Below, one piece after another: positions 37,240 through 50,547 of a stretch of DNA of 64,000 nt (positions are counted from its first letter, which is position 1; the number at the start of each line of letters is the position of its first letter). The notes beneath the pieces are model-generated. The model ran no database searches, was not told the origin of the DNA, and worked only from the letters and a program-made list of their open reading frames with translations. This DNA comes from Eledone cirrhosa (Eukaryota). The DNA lies in assembly GCA_964016885.1 (NCBI GenBank), contig OZ024744.1:61442001-61506000 (forward strand). The letters are read 5' to 3'. The position numbers were made by a program, and so were the translations under genes.

Positions 37240-37838
37240 GTGGGTTTTTTATTGTGTAAAAAGTGCGATAACAGAAAACAATAAATATATAATAATCAAA
37301 ACAAAAGAAAATTCCTCAATAGCAGGTAGACTTCCGAGTGTCACTCATGGAGAAAGCCCACAACCCGCTGCCACCTTGCCTGTTAAGGCAAGTGCCCCTT
37401 CCCAGTTGTCCTCTAATCTACAGAGGCATACTCAGACCATGCTTTTCACTCTCATCCACCTTTCAACAAACTGCCTGGACGGCAGCACTTCCCTCTCCAC
37501 CTTGATTTTTCTCTTCAAATGAAACTTGAAAAAGTTAATCAGAGCTTCACCAAAGAAGGAAGTGTTTGTCTTCAATCTTTTCAAGCATGTCTACAACATA
37601 ACCTCTTTTGCCCTGACCACCAGGCAGAGGAAAACTGTCTGCTGTTCCTGATTAAAGGAAAGTGGCACGGCTATCTTCACAATGGACTCACCCAATAGCC
37701 AGATCTGTCCTACATGTGACAGCAGCTGTTTGACATAACTCCACAAATCAGTGATGCTTGGCACTTGCTCTACCCACATCTTAGACAGGCTTGGCTGATG
37801 GTACTTCCAAACTTATAGAGCTTATCTTGAACTAACAA
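37240..37838 (-). mobile_element. L1/Tx1-like LINE 3' fragment (zf-RVT region and 3' UTR)
   Basis: [43 protein letters not shown] resembles an L1/Tx1 ORF2 end; abuts (CA)n. Confidence 0.7.
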
Positions 37839-37991
37839 TGTGTGTGGTGTGTATGGGGGGTATGTGTGAGTGTGAGTGTGTGTGTGTTGTGGGGGGGGGG
37901 GTATGTGTGAGTGCATGTGTGTGTGTGTGTGTGTGTGTGTGTAGTGGGGGTATGTGTGCGTGTGTGCGTGTGTGTAGGGGGGGGGGGGTAT

Positions 37992-38030
<39 letters not shown>

Positions 38031-38039
38031 TGTGTGCAT

Positions 38040-39115
38040 AGAGGTACTGTCAGTAAAGTCAGAATAGGTAACGAGTTTAGTGAGGAACTCAATGTGCAAG
38101 TAATTGTTCATCAGCTCACTCCTGTTTATTATAATTTTTCAGGCCATAACAGGAATTTAAGATCAGCTACCCATGGAAACTTCTGTATGCTGATGATCTG
38201 GTTCTTATAGCTGAATCAGTGGAAAAGCTAAAAGAAATTCCTTCTATGGAAACAGAACTTAAAACCAAAAGGACTCAGAATAAACTTGCCAAAGATTAAA
38301 GTTTTAGTTAATAGGAGAGAAGATAGGACTCTGGTTCCACCAGGAAGTGGTCATGCTCAATATGTAGGAAAGGAGTTGGTAGAAACTTTATACACTGTAC
38401 ACAATATAAAACTTGGATATAAAAATGGTGTAGGAGGATTGTAGGCAGATTAACAGAAAAGGTAGTATTTGTATGTAGAAGATGCACAGGGGGTGTTAGC
38501 AGTAAGAGACTTAGTGAAATAAATATTTCCAATTCTAGGAAGGCTCCATAGAAGTGGTTGATAGCTTCTACTACCCAGATGACCTAATTAGTAGTGGAGG
38601 AGCTTATTCTGAATGAATAGAAGGTAGAATATGAATAAAATGGAAAATTCTTAGGGAGCTGCTACTTCTGTTAATCACAAAAATGTTCTCTCTACGAACA
38701 AAAGGTTGGTTGTATGATGCCTGTGTGTAAGTGTGATGGTGCATGGAGGTGAAACATGAGAAGTAAATGTAGAGGATATGCAGAGGTTGGAGAGAAATGA
38801 AGCGAGCATGCTCCACTGGGTGGGTAGGAACAACAATGTACAGATGAACTGAGGGGGGGGGGGGCATAAGAGGAAACAGAGAAGATTATGTGAGTATGGA
38901 CAAGTGATGCATATGGATGATTGCTTGGTGAAAAAATTTACCAAAAAATCCAAGTGGAAGAGAGCTTCATGGAGAAAGACCAAGGGAGACTTAGGCAGGT
39001 GTGGTGAGAGCTTATCTCAAAACACTGAACCTCTCAGAAAAGGAGTAAAGAAAAGCTGTTCTGGAAAAGACATATCAAAGCCATGCAAGCAGAGTAAAAC
39101 ACCCAAAATAATGAT
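38040..39115 (+). mobile_element. Old RTE fragment (divergent subfamily)
   Basis: Degenerate KLLYADDLVL, PHD-like segment and 3' end. Confidence 0.8.
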
Positions 39116-39261
39116 GACAATTATTTACAATAACGATAGTAGTAATAATAATATAATTAATAATATAAATAATAACTATAACAGTAATAACTGTAACAAT
39201 ATAATAAAAAAAAGTTTTCCTAGATAATGGTTTGTTTTTATTTCTCTCTGTGGTTGCCTCA

Positions 39262-39390
39262 TCACCATAATCAGCAGCAACATCACCTTAATCAGCAGTA
39301 ACATCACCATAATCAGCAGCAACATCACCTTAATCAGCAGTAACATCACCATAATCAGCAGCAACATCACCTTAATCAGCAGTAACATCG
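39262..39390. repeat. 21-bp tandem repeat (CATCACCATAATCAGCAGCAA) with alternating variants
   Basis: Direct inspection. Confidence 0.95.
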
Positions 39391-39575
39391 CCTTCCTCAT
39401 TGTTGCCACCACATAACTTGACTATATGTAATCTCTAAATAAATATTGGATTTGAAAGTAAACATAAGAATGGAAACATTTTTCATATGTATATTTCGTC
39501 TTATTGTTGATTTAGATGCACAGCTCCCATTATCTCACCTTTTTATCAAAAACTGAATAAAGTATTCATGTTACT

Positions 39576-39608
<33 letters not shown>

Positions 39609-39771
39609 ATAATAAAATGTTGTAGAACATATTCCTCCTGCTTATTTTGATTTCATTTTGTTCTGTCATGTGGTTTCCTCATTGGATTCAGTAAAGTGAA
39701 CAGAAAGGCCAAGTCCCAAAAATCCTCATAAATAAAAAGATATAAAATCGACCTAAGAATATTGGCAAATA

Positions 39772-39820
<49 letters not shown>

Positions 39821-40258
39821 GGTGGTGGTGGTGGTGGTGGTGGTAGTAATAGTAGTAGTAGTAGTGGTGGTGGTGGTAGTAGTAGTAGTAGTAGCATAAA
39901 ACCAGAGAAAGAAGAGTGGAGACAGAAGTGTCTACCCTTGTATGGGACCTGTAAGCCTACCCTTGCTTTTGCAAGGGAAAATGGCTTTAAAACACTTGTG
40001 TCCAGTTTGAATTTACAGAGTCATTAGAATATCAGACAAAATGCTCTGAGGATTTATTCCAGCAAGTTACATTCTGAGTTCAAATCATTGACAAGCTTGA
40101 CTTAGCCTTTCATTCTTCTAGGGTTGATAAAATAAAGAACTAACGAAGGGCTGTGGACTGGTGGAATCATTAAAAGTATTTGTTGTATGGTCTACATGTT
40201 AAGTTCAACTTCCACCCACTCTGCCACATGTTCCTTGGGTGTTTTTAGTGGAACTCAC

Positions 40259-40334
40259 TCTGTTACCAGCATTTGGGACCAGGCCTCTGGTTTAAGGATA
40301 CCTTCTTCTCTTTCCCGCTCTTGTTTTGGAGGCT
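40259..40334 (-). CDS. Candidate internal coding exon of host gene
   Basis: Strong acceptor TTTGTTTTTTTTTCAG; frame (E)PPKQEREREEGILKPEAWSQML(VT); donors CTG|GTAACA (exon end 40267) or AGA|GTGAGT (40259). Confidence 0.55.
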
Positions 40335-40484
40335 CTGAAAAAAAACAAACAAAAATAAACAAACAAACAAACAAAAACATGCATGTAGTTTATTTCAGTT
40401 TTCAAGGTCGATGCCAGGTAATGACCTTGACCTGTCTACATGGTTAGGCTCAGGGTTAGTTTTTGAAGCTGAGGTAAACCATAT

Positions 40485-40940
40485 AAATGACCAGGTAGAT
40501 CACACACTTACTGTAAATGACCAAGTAGATTGCACACTAAAATGTAAATGACCAGGTAGACCACATGTGTAAGTGTAAATGATGAAGTAGACCACATATT
40601 TACTTTAAATGACCAGGTAGCTCACATGCTTAGTGTAAGTGACCAGGTAGATTGCACACAGAAGTATAAATGACCCACCAGATCATGCACTAAATTGGCA
40701 CCAAAATAGGAATGACTGTCTGAGTTTCCATAATTTGAGGCCTTTACTGTTTTACCTGTTCCAGCCCACAAACTGTAGCCATAGAAGTGTACCACCATCT
40801 TACTTGTTCCAGCCCACAAGATGTAGCCATACAGGGGTACCACTATCTTACCTGTTCCAACCCACAAGATGTAGCCATACAGGGGTACCACTATCTTACC
40901 TGTTCCAACCCACAAGATGTAGCCATACAGGGGTACCACC
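40485..40940. repeat. Two adjacent minisatellites (~40-bp TAAATGACCAGGTAGA units; 48-bp CCACAAGATGTAGCCATACAGGGGTACC units)
   Basis: Direct inspection. Confidence 0.9.
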
Positions 40941-41073
40941 ATTATTATCAATGAATTCATAGCCCGTCGAGATTAACTTTACTTTCAGCCTTACAGGGTC
41001 GATAAAATAAAGTACCAGTAATGCACTAGGGTCACTTTAATGGTAGTGGTGGTGGTGGTGGCAGTGGTGGTGA

Positions 41074-41126
<53 letters not shown>

Positions 41127-41503
41127 ACAGCAGCAGCAGCAACAGCGGCGGCGGCGGCAGCAGTAGTAGTAGTAGTGGCAGCAGCAGCAGTAGTAGTAGT
41201 AGTAATAGTAGTAAGTATAAAACCAGAGAAAGAAGAGTGGAGGTAAGATCGGTTTCCACAAGATCTTAAGAACAACGATAGCAAGACTAACAACAACAAT
41301 AACAAAAACAACAACAATGGAAACCAAGAAGTATAAATAAATGTATAAATCAAATAAATAAAATACAAATTCACTTTGTATTCCTATTTCAAATATTTTT
41401 TATGCCTTACAACCCCCTATCCTGTTTCGCCTTCCCCACCCCCACCGTCTCGGAAATGTTCCATTCCATGTTACCTTGGTGTTTGTTCCATAATCTGACT
41501 CAC

Positions 41504-41526
41504 TCTCACCTACAATGGGCTTGCTA
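41504..41526 (-). CDS. Candidate micro-exon (17 or 23 nt)
   Basis: TCTCTCCATTGTCTGCAG|T AGC AAG CCC ATT GTA G|GTGAGA, or ..GAG A|GTGAGT; both ends are phase 1 and compatible with the 40334 exon. Confidence 0.4.
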
Positions 41527-41622
41527 CTGCAGACAATGGAGAGACTGTTGTTGTTGTTGTTGTTGGTGGTGGTGTTGTACGGCAGACGATGGTGGGGAAT
41601 GTCATTGTTGTTGTTATTGTTC

Positions 41623-41688
<66 letters not shown>

Positions 41689-43044
41689 AATTAAAAATAA
41701 CGACAATACATTCAACAAAAAGAAAAGGATATATGAAAAATATAATAATTATGTCAAAGCTAGACGCAGAAAGTGAAGAGGAAAGGTAAAAGGAAACTGC
41801 CGACTGTATGAAGCCCAGTCATGACTGGTATGTTATTTGATCAATTCCTATAACAATAAGGATCAAAGACAAAAATCAAGAATCTTTTGCTTTAGGTATA
41901 TAAAATAAACTATAAAGTGAGAGTGAACTAAAACCTTCTTTTTCTTCTTTGCCCACTTATTCCTGAGAGGGTCATGGAGCAGAGTCCACAAACGCTCCTT
42001 CCAGCGGGTCCTGTCATAAGCAACCGTCTCCAACTGATCCGGCTGGATCCCCAAGCATGACCAACCAATCTCATGGATGTTATCCAGCCATCTTGCCAGT
42101 TGGTTTTGCCTGTAAAATCTGTCCAGCGATTCTTTCCTGAGACATTCTAACCACATGCCCATAATTTGGAGCTATGATCTCTCAATTCAGAGAAGTAACA
42201 GCTCCACCTGGAGTGACTCTGATCTCTGATTGCATTCTTTCGGTCATTACCCAAGATTGATGACTATAGGTAAGGGTTGGCACGGATACCAAAGGAAGAT
42301 AGCGAGTTTTACTTTTACAAAAGATAAAATCAAGAATATTTTGCTTTAGCTATAAAATAAACAATAAATTGAAGTGGTGGTGGTGGTGGTGGTGGTGGTA
42401 ATGATGATGGTGGTGATGATAATGACGACAATGATGATGATAATGAAAGAAGTTGTTGTAGTGCACCTGATCATTGTACACAACAATTTCATTATTATTA
42501 TTGACAATGTCACTGACCGAGACCTTTGGCGGTACTCAGTAATAGAGAAGACCCGCCTTACCTAAATACAAAGTAAAAACCTACTACAGTCAGTAGGCAC
42601 CTCTATCAAAACACACCCCCGTCCCTCCACACCGCCCCTTTCAATGTAAAGTTATGTTGGTCCCACAACATCCAGGCCGAAACAAACGAGATCGTGTAGG
42701 TGTCACGACAAAAAAACACACAGTCCACGCTGTAATGTGGGCGTGTAGGCAACACGGTAAAAACCTCCCAGCCCCACACTGTAAATGTGGTTGGTGTTAG
42801 GAAGGGCATCCAGCTGTAGAAAAACCCGCCAGACAGTCCACGCTGTAATGTGGCCGTGTAGGCAACACGGTAAAAACCTCCCAGCCCCACACTGTAAATG
42901 TGGGTTGGTGTTAGGAAGGGCATCCAACTGTAGAAAACCCGCCAGACAGTCCTATGCGAGCAAGACAATCACTCTTGCCTCAAGTGGGAAAACCCCCGTC
43001 CAAACCCATGCAAGCGTGATGGAACACGGACGCTAAACCTGATG

Positions 43045-44100
43045 TGATGATGAATGATGATGATGATGATGATGATGATGATCTGAAGAAGAGAAGAAGA
43101 AGAAGAAGAAGAAGAGAAGAAGAAGAAGAAGAAGAAGAAGAAGAAGAAGAAGAAGAGAAGAAGAAGAAGAAGAAGAAGAAGAAGAAGAAGAAGAAGAAGA
43201 AGAAGAGAGAAGAAGAAGAAGAAGAAGAAGAGAAGAGAAGAAGAAGAAGAAGAAGAAGAAGAAGAAGAAGAGAAGAAGAGAAAAGAAGAAGAAGAAGAAG
43301 AAGAAGAGAAGAAGAAGAGAAGAAGAAGAAGAAGAAGAAGAAGAAGAAGAAGAAGAAGAAGAAGAAGAAGAAGAAGAAGAAGAAGAAGAAGAAGAAGAAG
43401 AAGAAAGAAGAAGAAGAAGAAGAAGAAGAAGAAGAAGAAGAGAAGAAGAAGAAGAAGAAGAAGAAGAAGAAGAAGAAGAAGAAGAAGAAGAGAAGAAGAA
43501 GAAGAAGAAGAAGAAGAAGAAGAAGAAGAAGAAGAAGAAGAAGAAGAAGAGAAGAAGAAAAGAAGAAGAAGAAGAAGAAGAAGAAGAAGAAGAAGAAGAA
43601 GAAGAAGAAGAAGAAGAAGAAGAAGAAGAAGAAGAAGAAGAAGAAAGAAGAAGAAGAAGAAGAAGAAGAAAAGAAGAAGAAGAAGAAGAAGCAGAAGAAG
43701 AAGAAGAAGAAGAAGAGAAGAAGAAGAAAGAAGAAGAAGAAGAAGAAGAAAAGAAGAAGAAGAAGAAGAAGAAGAAGAAGAAGAAGAAGAAGAAGAAGAA
43801 GAAGAAGAGAAGAAGAAGAAGAAGAGAAGAAGAAGAAGAAGAAGAAGAAGAAGAAGAAAGAAGAAGAAGAAGAAGAAGAGAAGAAGAAGAGAAGAAGAAG
43901 AAGAGAAGAAGAAGAAGAAGAAGAGGAAGAAGAAAAGAAGAAGAGAAGAAGAAGAAGAAGAGAAGGAAGAAGAAAGAAGAAGAAGAAGCAGCCCGAGAAG
44001 AAGAAGAGAAGAAGACGAGAAGAAGAAGAAGAAGACGAAGGAAGAGAAGAAGAAGAAGAAGAAGAAGAAGAAGAAGAAGAAAAGAAGAGACGAAGCCCAG
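43045..44100. repeat. ~1-kb (GAA)n tract following an RTE-type (GAT)n tail
   Basis: Direct inspection. Confidence 0.98.
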
Positions 44101-44534
44101 AAGAAACTTCCAAGTCACCCCAGACCCCCCCTCGTTGTCTAATCATTACTCCAACTCACCCATCCTCACCCAAGAGGGGGAGGGTCGAGCCCCCGATGAA
44201 TCTTACCTGTATACTAAATTCTGAAAGCAATTCGCTACAAATATGCTGAACCAAAGACAGCATCTATATGATGCTTGTGTATGATGTGCAATGTTACATG
44301 GTCTTGAGGCCCTGGGCCATTGAAGGTAGTAACTGTGTGATGGCGGCCTGGGCATTGAAGGTAGTAAATGTGTGATGGCGGGAAATAAACAAATCATGCA
44401 TGGATGTATATCATTAATGTGTATGAATAACAAAACACAGTTGAGTCTTATGCTTGCAAGAAAAAGGTTTGTGCATGTAATGCATATGGATGATGATTGT
44501 TGTATGAAGAAGTGCCAGTAGAAGAGAGTCAACA

Positions 44535-47500
44535 TCATCACCGTTTTACGTCCATTCTTCCACGCTAGCATGGGTTAGACAGGTTGTTCTATTGTGAGCA
44601 ATGCCCGGCAGCTGACCTTGTCTTGCTCATACAGAACTGATTTTGGCTTGATTTCTACACTGGATGCCTTTCCTAACACCAACCTCGTTTACAGGGAGTG
44701 CTGGGTGCTTTTTTTCCATGGCACCTCCACAACCACTTTGCAGTGGGAGGTGTGTGGGAGCATATTGTCTATATGCTTCAGCTGGAGCTTGTAGCTGTGG
44801 GAAATTGGGTACTCTGTATTACTGCATGACAGCAGTGGTCACAGTCGTGTGTCATTGCCTTTGAGAGGTACAATTGGGTAAGGTCGGCTTTTATCACCTC
44901 ATCCCAGGTCTTCTTGAGTCTCCCCACTACCATCGACTTCTAGTGCTCTGTACCTTTTTATGCAGCTGTCATCCTTCATATGCTTACATGTCCATACCAA
45001 CGCAACTGCCTCTCCTGCACACATCATTTGATTCCTCTTATGCTCAGTCTCTCTCTCAATTCATTTATGCTTTACATTCACGTATATTACTATTACACAT
45101 CCATCAGAGCATGCAAGCTTTGTTTCTTTCTAATCTACGCAAGTCTTCTATGCACAACGCCCAGGTCTCACTACCATGTAACATTGTTGTTCATATACAC
45201 ACATCATACAGTCTGCCTTTCATTTTGAGGGAAAAGCCTTTTGCAGCTAGCAGTGGCAGTAGCTCCCTGACTTCTTCCATCCCGTTCTTACTCTGGTTAC
45301 TGTACTTTCAGAACACCCACCTCTGCTGCTAATTTGGTCACCTAGGTAGCAGAAGCTGCCTACTGTTTCTACAGAGCCCTCCCAGACTTTGGTAGTGCTT
45401 CTTTCCTGTGGCTGTTTGCTGCTTACTGTCCCAGTGCAGCTGCTACATAGTTTACATTTGGGGCAGAGAATGGAGTTCCTACCTACATCTTTCCTACATA
45501 CTGAGCAAGGCTATTTCTCTGAGGGGATCTGGGTTCTGTTTTCTCATCTACTTATGAGGACCTAGGTCTATGTCAGGTTGACTTTGAGACCCTTTCTTTC
45601 TAGGCCCTGCTTCCATTTTGGAATTTTCTTCTCTAGTTCCACCATAGATTCAGCTATAAGTGTGAGATCATCTGCATATAGGAGTTTCCATGGCATCCGG
45701 TCTTAAACTCCTCTGTTATTGCCTGCAATACTGTAATGAACAGGAGGAGGCTAAGAACAGAGCCCTGGTGGACACCGAACTGTATGCTAAATTCCATGCT
45801 ATAGTCATTGCTAACCTCTATACATGGCTTGTACAGCTTTCACAAGCCATTCATCTACTCCTAGTTTTCTAAGAGCACGGGTGACTCTGTCGAAGGCTTT
45901 TTCTAGATCGACAAATGCTAGGTTGAGTGGCTTACTTTTAGCTAGGTATTTTTCCTATAACTGCCTCACAAGGAAGAGGGCATCAGTGGTGCCTTTTCCT
46001 GGCACAAACCCAAATTGCATCTCATCTAGTTTTACTCAGTCCCTAATCAACTGTGCTATAACTCTTTCCGTTACTTTCATGACCTGCCCCATCAGCTTTA
46101 TACCTCTATAGTTTCCTCTATCTAGTGCATCACCTTTATCCTTGTATCAGTTGACAATGATGCTGCTGCGCCAATCCTTTGGTATAACACCGTCTAGTAT
46201 TACCTGGTTAACAATACGTGTGGTTATGGTGTGATCAACCGACCCAAATGCCTTCAGCATCTTGGCAGCTATACCCGATGGACCGGTCGCCTTCCAGTCT
46301 TCATATCTTTAATTGCCTTACTTACTACGCTGCTGCTGACTTGTGCTGTTGGCCCCTCTATAGGGTCCACTTGGCGTAGGGTCTCTTTTTCCATGCATTC
46401 TCCTCATTTAGTAATCTATCATAATGGCTCTTCCACACATCTTTCTTCTCTCAGCTTGTGAGGGTAAGCTCACCTTTTTCATTCCAGACACACTTCTCTC
46501 CAATGACATCACAATTCTCTCTAACACACTGCCTCACAATCCTGAATACCTCCTGTTTCTGGTCCTCATGCTGCAAAACATGCTTGAATTTTCTATCCTC
46601 CACTCCCCTTCTAGCTAAGTATACTTGTCGCCTAGCTTCCCTCCTGGTCTCTATGTAATATACCCTGCTTCCTCTTTGCTTCCATTCTTTCCATGCCTGT
46701 CTCTTAGTCTTAATTACCTAATCTACCTTATTGTTCCACCACCAAGTCACTCTCCTCTTGCCTGTGGTCTTGCTCCAACCACAGATCTCGTCTGTCGCCT
46801 TTAGTAAGTTATTTTTTAGGAACTCCCAGTGCTCTTCTACATTGAATGTCTCTATTTGTTCTTCTTTACTGCCATAAGCGTCGAGTAAGTCATCTTTAAA
46901 TCTATTACTGGCTTAGGGGTCTTTCAGCTTCCAGATCTTTCTTCTCCAGGTTGCCTTCTGTTTCCAAGTTCGTCTAGTTCTGACAATGAGGTCGCTGACA
47001 ACTAAGTTATGTTGGGAGGTACATTCCTCACCAGGGAAGGCTTTTGTGTTTACAACCATCCATCTATCTCGTCCTCTGATGAAGATAAAATCTATCTGAC
47101 TAGAATGCTCCCCAGATCTATAGGTGATCAGATGGTTGTCGAGTTTTTTAAAGTTTGTGTTACATATCGACATGTCATTGGCGTCGCAGAATTCTAGAAG
47201 TCTGAAGCCTCCATGGACTCTATAGAAGCCATCACAGTGTTTCCCAATGTATCCGTTAAAATTTCCTGCAATGATTAGGAAGTCATTTTCGTTTCTTAGG
47301 GTATTGGTGGGCATTAAAGACTCGTAAAACCTATCCTTAAGTTTGTCTGGCAACCCCGATTGGGGTGCGTAAGCTGATATGATTGTGGCAATTAATTTAT
47401 TCAGGACTAGTCTGAGTTTAATGATTCTTGTGTTCACCCTGTTCACTGAGATTACCTTATCTACCCATTTGTCAGCTATTAGTATACCCTACACCACCAA

Positions 47501-48230
47501 TCCTGTTGATATTTCCCACCCAGAAAAATTTGTAGCACTGATTTTTGCCTACAAGGACTCTAGCAGACTCTCCTCTCCATCTAGTGCCTTGCACACAGCA
47601 TACATCAATTTCCTTTCGCTCTAGCATCTCTAGAATTTCTCCTGCTCTTCCTTTCATTGTGCTTACATTGATGGTTCCAACTTGGAGATTTGGGCATTTG
47701 CCATCATTCGTGGGAGAGGGTGAATTTTTGCAGAGGTGGGGGGTGTATGCTACCTGTCTCTGAATTAAAGCTTCACATGGGTGCTTGGTAACTTGCGGAT
47801 TCATATTCATTTATTAATTCGAGGTTGTTCCATTTATCCTCGGCTCATCCATACATAACGGTAAAGGAATTCTTTGGTGCAGGGCTAGAAGGACAGTAGT
47901 AGTAATGGCAGAGTTTGTTGGGGCTGGTAATGGGTGGGGACATGTTGCTGAAGTTTGATTGGTCGAATAGCCTATGGTGAGGGAGTGGGCAGGAGGGAAT
48001 TGTGAGATAGGTAGCCATCATGGCATATAACATCACAGGAGATTTGGGTGAAATAAGCCAGTACAAGTAGGCATTTTAGACAAGGCGAATATGTGAGGAT
48101 TTTGAAGATGGTCATCTAGCTTTGTAAACCTCGAAATGAATGAATGAGAAAGAAGAAGGGAGGTAATGGGTAAGGGATAGGGTATGACTTTCGTAGGGAG
48201 AGAGGGGGAGACATAATGACCAACGTGCTT
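44535..48230 (-). mobile_element. Near-full-length decayed RTE LINE with probable 5' UTR
   Basis: ORF start near 47810 (VGTINVSTM, CVQGTRW, AYAPQ, GNFNG, IDFIF), RT, 3' UTR and GAT tail; many lesions. Confidence 0.92.
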
Positions 48231-49279
48231 TCCTTCGAAAAACAATGTTGAAGTCTGGGAAGAAAAAGAAGACCAAGGAAATCATGGGCAGAATTGGTGA
48301 GAGTTAATCTCAGGATACGGAACCTTAAAAAGAAGGTGACAGAGGAATGGAACAAATGGTGAGAAACTGTTTAGGAGAGAGCATATCCAACCCATGCAAG
48401 CATGGTGACAATAATGGTTTCTGATTTAGACACAAGACCAACAATATTTGGGGAAAGGGAAAGTCGATTAAATCAGCCCCAGTGCATTACTGGTACTTTA
48501 TTTTAACAACCCCTGTAAGGATGAAAGGAAAAGCTAACCTCAGCAGGATTTGAATTCAGAACATAAAGGGCTGTAACTCTATGCTGTAAAACATGGTGTC
48601 TGATGCTTTACCGATTATAATGATGATGATGATGACAACAATGACGACGACGACGATGATGATGATGATGATGATGATGATGATAATAATGATGATGATG
48701 TTGACAATGATAATAAAGATAATACTGCTGATGGTGATGATGGTATGATGGGTGCGATTGAAAGGATAATGAATGATGGTGGGGATGATGATGATACATT
48801 CATATGCAACTACCATCTTAAAAACAAAAACAGCAGTGCTGTTAAATTTCAAGCCTTTCTTACATATAACTATGTCACCCCGTCGATTCACTCCCACCCC
48901 CACTACCACACCCTACCATCCAGCACCACCACCACACCACCCACCACCACACCACACCACCACCATCATCATTGTCATTACCATTGTCATCACAGTTATT
49001 ATATCTATTATTATTTTCATATGTAATTCAAACATTTCTTTCAGCTGTGTTCTGGCCCTAATTACTGGTATAATAAGGTAAACAAGATCTGATATAATTT
49101 ATAACGGGTGTGGTAATTTTTCTTCTTCTTGAGGGTGCGAGGTGGGGTGGGTGTGGGGCATAGGTTTGTTTATTTTTGTATGAAAACATGTTTAATTAGA
49201 AGCCAAAGTATTTTTATTTCTGTTTTATGGCTGGGTGCTCTCTCTCTCTCTTTCTTTCTTTCGATGTATGCTAACCATA

Positions 49280-49765
49280 TTGTGTATGCATGTATGCATG
49301 CATGAATGTATGTATGTATACATGCACGCATGTATGTATGTATGTATGCATGTTTGTATGTATGTATGCATGCATGTATGTATGTATGTATGTGTGTATG
49401 TATGCATGTTTGTATGTATGTATGTATGCATGCATGAATGTATGTATGTATGCATGCATGTATGTATGTATGCATGTTTGTATGTATGTATGCATGCATG
49501 TATGTATGTATGTATGTGTGTATGTATGTGTGTATGTTTGTATGTGTGTATGTATGTATGTGTGTATGTTTGTATGTATGTATGTATGTATGTATGTATG
49601 TATGTATGTATGTATGTATGTGTGTGTGTATGTGTGCGTGTATGTATGCATGCATGTATGTATGCATGCATGTATGTATGTATGTATGTGTGTATGTATG
49701 TATGTGTGTATGTATGTATGTATGTATGTATGTATGTATGTATGCATGCATGTATGTATGTATAT
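49280..49765. repeat. (TATG)n compound microsatellite
   Basis: Direct inspection. Confidence 0.98.
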
Positions 49766-50547
49766 ATGTTCTTCTGGTTTTATAATTTCACAAAGTTTTC
49801 CCAATAAAGAGAGAGTCGGTTTCTAACATAGACACAAGACTCTCTCATTGGAATTTACACAACATCAACTAGGTAGATATGTATGTATGCATGCATGTGT
49901 AGATATGGATGTTATTGTATGTGTGGATGTGGATGTTTTGAGTTGTATGTGTGCATGTGTATATGCTTTGTATCTGTACATATGTATATGCAGTTATCAG
50001 ATGCAACATTTTTGGAATGTTTTACATATTTTTACTGTTCCATTAATGGATTGTACTTGTAATTTCCTAACTAGTTGTGTTCTTTTTGTTCCTGTGAAGC
50101 CTAGCTTCTCAAGATTTGTATTGAGACAGTTACTAACATATCACAGTGCCAAAATAATCACAGGCATAAATCTGAAGGTGTAATCAGGGTGGAGTATCTG
50201 CAGATTTCTCATCAGTTCTGCATAAATATTCTCCTTTTCACTAATCTTTGATATTATATTGGCATCTGCTGGGCAGCTAATTTCCACTACTGTGCATATT
50301 TTCTTCTCCCTGTCCCATATCATAATATCTGGTCTGTTATGCCTGCATTTTATTGGGGTTTGTACTGGAACATTCCACCAGTACTCTTTCATATTATGTA
50401 CATGGATGTCTTCCACATTGTTGTAGTTTTTAATGTGTTTATTATCGGGGCTATCTTTTTTTATGAACTGCATTGTACAGTGTTTTGGCCACTACATCAT
50501 GCCTCATAGGTAGATAGTACCGCGATGACATCTTTGGACAGCTACTG
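49766..50547 (-). mobile_element. 5'-truncated copy of the R4/Dong-like element
   Basis: HNRPDIMIWD..VVEISCPAD..EKENIY; same 3' UTR as 1750-1990. Confidence 0.9.

Noticed and set aside
40485-40940. CRISPR-like regularly spaced repeats
   Set aside because: The units are full tandem copies without unique spacers; eukaryotic context with no cas genes.
42980-44249. Long ORFs of poly-K/E/R and poly-F/S/L
   Set aside because: Translations of the (GAA)n tract.
49170-49826. Many overlapping MYVC/HTYI ORFs (also near 25000-25500 and 52200-52550)
   Set aside because: Microsatellite translations.
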